Positions 57,916 to 64,000 of a DNA stretch of 64,000 bases are shown here, piece by piece. The stretch spans positions 1,811 through 65,810 of the forward strand of contig MFYT01000019.1 in NCBI GenBank assembly GCA_001789205.1, given 5' to 3'. Positions within the stretch are counted from its first letter, which is position 1, and every line of letters starts with the position of its first letter. This DNA comes from Candidatus Raymondbacteria bacterium RIFOXYA2_FULL_49_16. Its GTDB lineage: Bacteria > Fibrobacterota > OXYB2-FULL-49-7 > XYB2-FULL-49-35. The notes beneath the pieces are model-generated. The model had not been told where the DNA came from and made no database searches. It saw only the letters and a program-made list of their open reading frames with translations. Position numbers and translations under genes: made by a program.

Positions 57916-59022
57916 TCAGGAAGTCCATGGTGGCGCGGGTTTTTCGTGAAAGACCAGATATTTCAGTGGCCAGAATGAGCACACAAGAGCCAATCCGCCT
58001 GCAAGCAGGCGCGCGGGCACTGCGTCAAAGCCGTGGTTTTGCAGCAGGAGCGTTAGGTGGTGGCTTGCAAGGCAGCATAGGGCAAGTATGATCAATGCAA
58101 GGGCTGATGTTATGGGGGTGTTCCATTGGGCATTACGCCGGAAAATGACCGCGGACGCAATGCCATAGAGGAGAACGGCTGATCCGGCAAAGGCAATGGG
58201 GGCTGCCCAGGAAAGCTGGGCGCCCAAACCTGAAAGACCAAGGAAAAGAGCGCAATTGACCAGCGCCGCCAGGCACGAAACAGTGACAAAGGCCGCAAGC
58301 TGCAAAACAAACGGCGCAGTGGGAAGATTGTATTTCAAAATACAATATACTGCCCTGAAACCGTCTTTTAAGCCGATCTTTTTTCCCTGTGCATAGGTAC
58401 GGCCGTGGTAGGAGACGCCGATTTCGTACACGCGCAACCGTTTGTGCGCCACTTTTGCCACAATTTCAGGTTCGAACCCGAACCGGTTTTCGCTTAGGGT
58501 TATGCTTTGGATCACTTCGCGTTTAAAGACCTTGTAGCAGGTCTCCATGTCGGAAAGGTTGAGATCGGTAAGCATGTTGCTCAGAAACGTGAGGAGGCGG
58601 TTGCCCAAAGAGTGCCAGAAATAGAGCACGCGGTGGGCATCGCCCGAAAGAAAGCGCGAGCCAATGACCACTTCGGCTTGGTTGTTTCGCAGAGGCTCGA
58701 TCAACCGGACAAGGTCGCGGGGATCGTATTCGAGGTCCGCGTCGTGGACCGCCACAAAGTCGCCCGTGGCATGAGTAAAGCCGGTACGAAGGGCAGCCCC
58801 TTTTCCCGAATTTATTTCATGGCGTATCACGCGGATGTTATTGAAGGTCTGAGACAGGCTGGATGCTATGGCAAAACTATTGTCTGTTGATGCGTCGTCG
58901 ACAATGATAATTTCCAACTGTAAGTCTTGCGATGAGATGGTTTGAATACCTTTTGCGCAAGCCTCCAATGTTTTTTCTTCGTTGTAACATGGAATAATGA
59001 TACTCAGAAGCACGGATTTCAT
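57916..59022 (-). CDS. GT2 polyprenol-phosphate glycosyltransferase fused to a GtrA-like flippase domain
   Basis: IIPCYNEE, DD.STD, GKGAALR.G, DADLEYDP, GSRF, DMETCYK, RFGFEPE; four C-terminal TM helices ending KYLVF; start ATG 59022. Confidence 0.88.
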   Translation of the reverse strand: MKSVLLSIIIPCYNEEKTLEACAKGIQTISSQDLQLEIIIVDDASTDNSFAIASSLSQTFNNIRVIRHEINSGKGAALRTGFTHATGDFVAVHDADLEYDPRDLVRLIEPLRNNQAEVVIGSRFLSGDAHRVLYFWHSLGNRLLTFLSNMLTDLNLSDMETCYKVFKREVIQSITLSENRFGFEPEIVAKVAHKRLRVYEIGVSYHGRTYAQGKKIGLKDGFRAVYCILKYNLPTAPFVLQLAAFVTVSCLAALVNCALFLGLSGLGAQLSWAAPIAFAGSAVLLYGIASAVIFRRNAQWNTPITSALALIILALCCLASHHLTLLLQNHGFDAVPARLLAGGLALVCSFWPLKYLVFHEKPAPPWTS

Positions 59023-60668
59023 TGAGCGCCTCCATTGTTGGAAATCTGGCGGCATCCATCAGTCTGGCGAATGAATTTGCGGAGGATTACGGCATTGAAC
59101 TTTTTGGCTTCAGGTTCGACCATCACTTCGCACAATCCCGGTATGGTATTATTAAAGGTATTGATGATTATACGCCGACTGCTATCCGCCACTGTTATGC
59201 CGATACGTGGGATGACAAGATAGAACGTGTCATTGGGGGATGATTGGATGAAGGAATCTATTTTTGCCGGGGTAGCATACAGACCCCATGCCTCAGCGAG
59301 GATGTTGGGAGCGCCATTGGAAAGACATAAAATTTGTGTTCCAACACCCCAATCAGCCGTAATGAATGTCGTTCCTTTCGCATGTCTGCCCGCGAATTTT
59401 CCTAATTGCGTCAGGCTTGGATCCCAGCGAGGATCGGTTTTTCCATTTTTCAGTGCGAGATGCATGGAAGCAATTACTGGAATACGGAAAAGCAGCAGGG
59501 CGCATAGAAGGGTCAAAAAAAGAAGCGCGGCAAAGCGCATCCGGTGTATTTGTTTCAATGCTCCTTGGGCCAGAATAGCGATTCCCGCGTATTGATAGGG
59601 TGTAATAAGAATCCAGTGATGATATGAGGTTGTACGGGGCAACAGATAGAGACCTATGCCGGTCAGTATGAAGGAAATAAGGAAAAGCAAGGCGTCCTTT
59701 GAATATTGTTCCTCTTTTACCGTACACAGGCAGAGGTATGCACCTGCGATAAGCGTGCCAAAGAGCAATACCGATTCCACACACCGCGGAATTGGTGAGG
59801 GATTTGAACCAAAAATGAAAGTGGCGGTAAAGGAACCGTTCCCTAAGCCGAGAAGTTCCGTGATGTAGCGTATGATGCCGGGTTTTATCATGAGTATTGG
59901 ATCTTTTATGTTGTGCAGAGAGATCAAGTATCCCTTTAAAATCAGGGATCCCGCATTGAGTAAGATGAGCGAACCACTTCCGAGAAACAGTCCTCCCATA
60001 AAGACAAGAAGATACTTTCGATTACGAAACTTTTTTTCAAAAATTAGCAGGAACCCAAGCGGTAGAAGTAAAACACAGGAGGTCAGTTTTTCTACAATGG
60101 CGATGCCGCAGAAGAATGCGATAAAAAAGGTATAGTACGGCTTAATGGTCTTCTGCCGAATCGCCCGGATGGTCAGACCAATGATAATGAATCTCAAGGA
60201 GAGCGCCAAGGCTACGGGACCCCAGTCGTGTCTTGTGGAAAGAAGGACCATCGTGTCAGTCAGAACCAATGTGAAAAACACCAGTAACTCAAAGATGGAA
60301 AGATAGTTTGCGGTGAGCAAAGAGAACGCCAAAATCCCGGCCGCCACCATGGCGATACCTGTCAGCCGCCAGCTTCTGACCGAAAAAAGACCGTCGTTGA
60401 ATTTTAAGTATAAACCATAGAGCGCTGTCTTGAAGGCGGCATTGTAAGACATGTTCAGGGCCGGAAAATTGCCGGGGCCCAATGAAAAAAGAGTCTGGGG
60501 CTTTCCCACATACCAGAAGCTTGCCGTTGCTTGGAAGAGTTCGTCGTAGTACAGACCTTGACGTTCAATATGATGAGCAGATACAAAGCAGTATGCTATC
60601 GCACACATGATTCCCACGATAATGGCATTTTTCAGTCCGGCAGGTTTTTCAACAACCGTAGAGAGCAT
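59019..60668 (-). CDS. GT-C fold (ArnT/PMT-like) membrane glycosyltransferase
   Basis: TM1 followed by GLYYDE acidic motif, ..SWRL, about 11 TM segments, periplasmic C-terminal domain with DWG. Confidence 0.7.
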   Translation of the reverse strand: MLSTVVEKPAGLKNAIIVGIMCAIAYCFVSAHHIERQGLYYDELFQATASFWYVGKPQTLFSLGPGNFPALNMSYNAAFKTALYGLYLKFNDGLFSVRSWRLTGIAMVAAGILAFSLLTANYLSIFELLVFFTLVLTDTMVLLSTRHDWGPVALALSLRFIIIGLTIRAIRQKTIKPYYTFFIAFFCGIAIVEKLTSCVLLLPLGFLLIFEKKFRNRKYLLVFMGGLFLGSGSLILLNAGSLILKGYLISLHNIKDPILMIKPGIIRYITELLGLGNGSFTATFIFGSNPSPIPRCVESVLLFGTLIAGAYLCLCTVKEEQYSKDALLFLISFILTGIGLYLLPRTTSYHHWILITPYQYAGIAILAQGALKQIHRMRFAALLFLTLLCALLLFRIPVIASMHLALKNGKTDPRWDPSLTQLGKFAGRHAKGTTFITADWGVGTQILCLSNGAPNILAEAWGLYATPAKIDSFIQSSPNDTFYLVIPRIGITVADSSRRIIINTFNNTIPGLCEVMVEPEAKKFNAVILRKFIRQTDGCRQISNNGGAQ

Positions 60669-60684
60669 GGCCAACTCGATACAA

Positions 60685-61230
60685 TTAACGTTTCTTAATC
60701 AGATGCAGGAATTCGTCCCTGGTGGGATGATCGTCGTGGAAGCTGCCCAGCATGGCTGAGGTGAGCATGCGTGAGTTCTGTTTTTCCACGCCCCGCATCA
60801 TCATGCACAGGTGCTGGGCCTCGATGACCACGCCCACGCCCTCCGCGCCAATGGTGTCCATGAGAATACGGGCGACTTGCTGGGTCATGCGCTCCTGGAC
60901 CTGGAGCCTGCGGGAAAAACACTCGACCACGCGTACGATCTTGCTGACACCGTATATCTTATTTTTCGAGATATAGCCGATGTGGCATTTGCCGAAAAAG
61001 GGGAGCATATGGTGTTCGCACATGCTGTAAAACTCAATGTCGTCAACAATGATCATATGGTTGCATTGTTCGTGGAAAATGGCGCCCGATAAAATCGCCT
61101 TTGGGTCTTCCTGGTATCCCTTGGTGAGGAATTCATAGGTTTTTTTCACCCGTGCCGGTGTTTTCAAAAGGCCTTCGCGGTCCGGGTCTTCACCTATTTT
61201 TACCAGCAATTCCCGTATTATTTTTTCCAT
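60685..61230 (-). CDS. folE: GTP cyclohydrolase I
   Basis: GEDP.REGL.KTP.RV, SMCEHH.LPF.G, SK..R, RRLQVQER, HLCM.MRGV. Confidence 0.97.
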   Translation of the reverse strand: MEKIIRELLVKIGEDPDREGLLKTPARVKKTYEFLTKGYQEDPKAILSGAIFHEQCNHMIIVDDIEFYSMCEHHMLPFFGKCHIGYISKNKIYGVSKIVRVVECFSRRLQVQERMTQQVARILMDTIGAEGVGVVIEAQHLCMMMRGVEKQNSRMLTSAMLGSFHDDHPTRDEFLHLIKKR

Positions 61231-61290
61231 CGCATACCTTCTTTCAGCGCTGAATTGGTCTTTTTATCCGGGCAGATAATATACGAATTT

Positions 61291-61647
61291 TCATCCATGG
61301 CGTGCGCGCTCAATCGTGACTGCCACGCTTCTGGCAAAACGGAGCGCGCCTGGCTTGTCAACTGTTACCACGGCCTTTTTCACCCGGCGGTCTGCCAGGC
61401 AGATTCGCGCTATCCGGTCGGCGCAGTGTTCCACAAGGTTAAAACGCGTTGATTCCACCATGGTGATTATTTCGCGTTTTAATTTTTTATAATCCACGGT
61501 ATCGTCGATGTTGTCTGTCTTCCCCGGTTTGCGTAAATCGACTGACAGCGCGATGTTTATTACAATGCTCTGTTTTTTTCGTTGTTCTTCGGGGTAGATG
61601 CCGATAAAGGCACGCAGCGCAAGATCACGGATGATTATAGCGTCCAT
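61291..61647 (-). CDS. folB: FolB/FolX family protein (dihydroneopterin aldolase or triphosphate epimerase)
   Basis: IGI..EE...Q, D....VDY, F.LVE, VDKPGALRFA.SV. Confidence 0.8.
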   Translation of the reverse strand: MDAIIIRDLALRAFIGIYPEEQRKKQSIVINIALSVDLRKPGKTDNIDDTVDYKKLKREIITMVESTRFNLVEHCADRIARICLADRRVKKAVVTVDKPGALRFARSVAVTIERARHG

Positions 61648-62375
61648 GGTGTTCCTTGTTTAAAAAGGCGCAGCCCCTGATCGCAATACATGATCTGGCC
61701 GGTTGCCTCGGATTCAACAAGATACCGGAACGCCTTGAGCAGGCCGGCTATAGTACCCCAGGTTTGTCCCGGCCTTTTATTGAAGCGTGAGGGCAGGATT
61801 GCTCCGGGCGCAATAGCGTTTACCCTGACCTTTGGGGCAAAAAGCGCAGCGCATTCGACAGTAAACTCGCGCAGCAGGCGCTTGCTTATGCGATAGAGCT
61901 GGAAATTCCGGTTGAAACCATCGATGTTGGCGTCGAGAAGATTAATGATAAAGGAACGAGGCGCGAGGCGCGAGGCTGGAGACTGTTTGAAAAAACTGGT
62001 CGAGAGGATAAGCGGGGCAAAGGCATTTACTTGGAACATCTGCCAGAAGCCAGCCTCGCGCCTCGTTCCTCGCGCCTCGTTCCTCTGCAATAGATCTCCC
62101 TTCTCAAACACTGACGCATTGTTTACCAACCCAATCAACCGTACCGGCAGTTTCACGCATGCGCGGATGAGTTTGTCCGGGTTTTTTGACAAGTCAGCCT
62201 GGATTGGGAAAAAAGGAACACCGAGTTTGCGGACCTCGGTGCCAAGAGACAGGACCGCGGACCGGGATGTCCGAAAGTGGGCGATAACGGCGAATCCCAT
62301 GCGCGCACTTTCGAGCGCCAGTTCCCTGCCCAGGCGCTTTGCCGAGCCAGTGATGAGGATTGCGCGGGGTTTCAT
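61635..62375 (-). CDS. Pteridine reductase-like SDR (FolM/PTR1-like)
   Basis: ITGSAKRLG, ADL, LVNNAS.F, IIN.LD, YRISK, VRVNAIAPG. Confidence 0.82.
   Translation of the reverse strand: MKPRAILITGSAKRLGRELALESARMGFAVIAHFRTSRSAVLSLGTEVRKLGVPFFPIQADLSKNPDKLIRACVKLPVRLIGLVNNASVFEKGDLLQRNEARGTRREAGFWQMFQVNAFAPLILSTSFFKQSPASRLAPRSFIINLLDANIDGFNRNFQLYRISKRLLREFTVECAALFAPKVRVNAIAPGAILPSRFNKRPGQTWGTIAGLLKAFRYLVESEATGQIMYCDQGLRLFKQGTPWTL
61952..62084. repeat. Intragenic inverted pair of heptamer (CGAGGCG/CGAGGAA) tandem arrays
   Basis: AGGAACGAGGCGCGAGGCGCGAGGCTGG at 61952-61979; reverse-complement array CCAGCCTCGCGCCTCGTTCCTCGCGCCTCGTTCCT at 62050-62084. Confidence 0.85.
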
Positions 62376-62390
62376 GGCAGCGGCAATGGG

Positions 62391-63965
62391 TCAGAATTTC
62401 CTGTTTTTCTTGTACATGACCAGTTTGCGGCCGCTGTCGAGAAAGACGGTGCGGGTCATGCTCTCTTCAATGCGTTTGACGTTTTTCGCATGGTGTTGCG
62501 CGTACAGGGCGGTGTAGTCTTTAATGGTCTCGAACCGGTTGTCCACCACGACCACACGGACCTCCTCGTGTGTGCACTGCCAGGCAATGAAGAGGCCTGT
62601 GGATTCCTCGGGCGCGGTATCGTGAAAAAGATCGAGCGCCTCGAAGATGGCGTACTTTGTTTTTTTGATTTCGCTGTCCGCGAACCGGTTCGCATCCATG
62701 TCCTTGAGGACCTTTGCGATGAGGGTCTCGAAATTGAGAGGATGATCGGCCCTGAAGACGCGGATCTCTTTTCCCGGTATGAAATGGGGCGTGAGTTCAA
62801 ATTGGGTCAGAGCGTCAGAGTGGGTGACGTCAATGATGACCAGGGTCACATCGTCGTTGAATTCGTCATTGTTCTGGAACGATCGGGAGGTGCTTATGAT
62901 GTTTTTTTTCAGATCGTCGAGGGAAGCGTCTTTGTTCGCGAGAATGGTGTTTTTCAGGCCTTCGATGCCAAAGCGCTCCTTTGCCCTGTTTTGTACGTCG
63001 ATGATGCCGTCCGTATAGAGGACCAGGCGATCGCCTTTTTGAAGCTTGATTTCCTTTCCCTCATAGGTGCTATTTGACATCATGCCCAGAAAAAAGCCGT
63101 CAGTGTTCAATTCCTCGATTTTTCCGGTCGCCTGCCGCAGCAGCAGGCCTGACGGGTGTCCTGCCCATGAAAAACGCAGGGTATTGTTCAGGGAATTGTA
63201 GATAAGATAGGCGCCGGTGAGGTAGTGTTCCATGCGCAGGTTGCCGTACAGGTCGGTGTTGACCTTTTCAAACACATCGACCGTTGAGAGATTGCCTGGT
63301 GTGTGCATATAGAACGACATCTTGGACATGGCGCCAATAAGCGCCGCGGGAATACCGTGGCCTGCCACGTCGACCACAATGATGCCCCAGTGGTCTGTAT
63401 CAATAGGGATGAAGTCATAGAGGTCGCCGCCCACGTCCGCCTGTGATTTGTAGTAGACGTCCATGGCAAACCCGGGAATGGCGGGAAGGGTCTGGGGAAG
63501 CAGGGCTTCCTGGACCTTTTGGGCAACCATGATCTCCTTCATGATCTGCTCATAGGCCTCACGCAGCTTTTCCTTTGCCACTTCGCCCTCGGTAACATCG
63601 ACATAGTGTTCCACAATGGCATGGACTTCGCCGTTTTTATCGTACAGGGGGAAGTAGCGCATATCGTAGATATGTTCCTGATTATTGATTTTTTTCCTGA
63701 AGATGAGGCTGCCCTTCACTTTTTCGGCGAGGATTTTCTGGATGGGGCAGTCTTTGCACGAATCGCCGAACTGGTGGAATTTTTCGTAGCATTTCGCGCC
63801 GATGATGGTACGATAGTCGCCTTTGATCTGGTCCGCGGCCGCCTTGTTAAGACGCTGAATGGTATAGTCGGGCCCGATAATGATGATGGGGTCGGTAATT
63901 GAATCAAAAATGGTCTCGAGGTGGCGTTTTGCCGAAAGAATGGCTTCGTTGATTTCAACAGGCAT
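62391..63965 (-). CDS. PAS + SpoIIE (RsbU-like PP2C) phosphatase with degenerate C-terminal HATPase-like domain; start uncertain, the frame stays open to the window edge
   Basis: PAS (FDSI.DP, G.KCY.....C.DCP); VGGDLYD, DVAGHG.PAA, AGHP, YTDGI, DDVT; tail AIFEAL...V.V.V.D. Confidence 0.9.
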   Translation of the reverse strand: MPVEINEAILSAKRHLETIFDSITDPIIIIGPDYTIQRLNKAAADQIKGDYRTIIGAKCYEKFHQFGDSCKDCPIQKILAEKVKGSLIFRKKINNQEHIYDMRYFPLYDKNGEVHAIVEHYVDVTEGEVAKEKLREAYEQIMKEIMVAQKVQEALLPQTLPAIPGFAMDVYYKSQADVGGDLYDFIPIDTDHWGIIVVDVAGHGIPAALIGAMSKMSFYMHTPGNLSTVDVFEKVNTDLYGNLRMEHYLTGAYLIYNSLNNTLRFSWAGHPSGLLLRQATGKIEELNTDGFFLGMMSNSTYEGKEIKLQKGDRLVLYTDGIIDVQNRAKERFGIEGLKNTILANKDASLDDLKKNIISTSRSFQNNDEFNDDVTLVIIDVTHSDALTQFELTPHFIPGKEIRVFRADHPLNFETLIAKVLKDMDANRFADSEIKKTKYAIFEALDLFHDTAPEESTGLFIAWQCTHEEVRVVVVDNRFETIKDYTALYAQHHAKNVKRIEESMTRTVFLDSGRKLVMYKKNRKF

Positions 63966-64000
63966 TGAAGACCTTTCAGAAAACGTGGACAAAAAGGCCG

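Noticed and set aside
1-64000. CRISPR arrays, tRNA/rRNA, IS elements, prophage or defence genes
   Set aside because: No repeat-spacer periodicity, RNA gene signatures, or transposase, integrase or nuclease motifs seen by eye.

Overview
Chromosomal segment of a Gram-negative bacterium, probably of the FCB superphylum (Fibrobacterota/Raymondbacteria-like). This is inferred from T9SS/FlgD-like C-terminal domains, a cohesin/dockerin protein, DUF2723, SpoVG and many STAS proteins. No rRNA, tRNA, CRISPR array or intact transposase was seen. In order, the window holds: a large Ser/Thr-rich lipoprotein missed by the ORF track; a Zn peptidase; an MCP facing a YfiR + TonB-dependent receptor pair; an 1800-aa VWA surface protein; an MFS/ferredoxin/geranylgeranyl-reductase/AKR operon; a STAS-SpoVG-pseudo-RsbW-sigma54-activator cluster; an MMP-like protease with a candidate TIMP-like partner; apbE and the ribD-ribE-ribBA-ribH-nusB operon continuing into a TMEM260-like (DUF2723) GT-C and a polyprenol-P-sugar synthase; a surface-glycan locus; rlmD; a lepA operon; folM/folB(X)/folE; and a PAS-SpoIIE phosphatase. 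Best leads: (1) a candidate protein O-mannosylation system, with strong D-[ST]-hydrophobic sequon enrichment in the exported proteins; (2) two apparently catalytically dead housekeeping paralogs (LepB, AroA) in the lepA operon; (3) a partner-switching cluster with pseudokinases tied to SpoVG and a sigma54 activator, plus a visible -24/-12 promoter and enhancer sites; (4) a prodomain-less MMP with an adjacent putative inhibitor. All family calls are by eye, without database searches.
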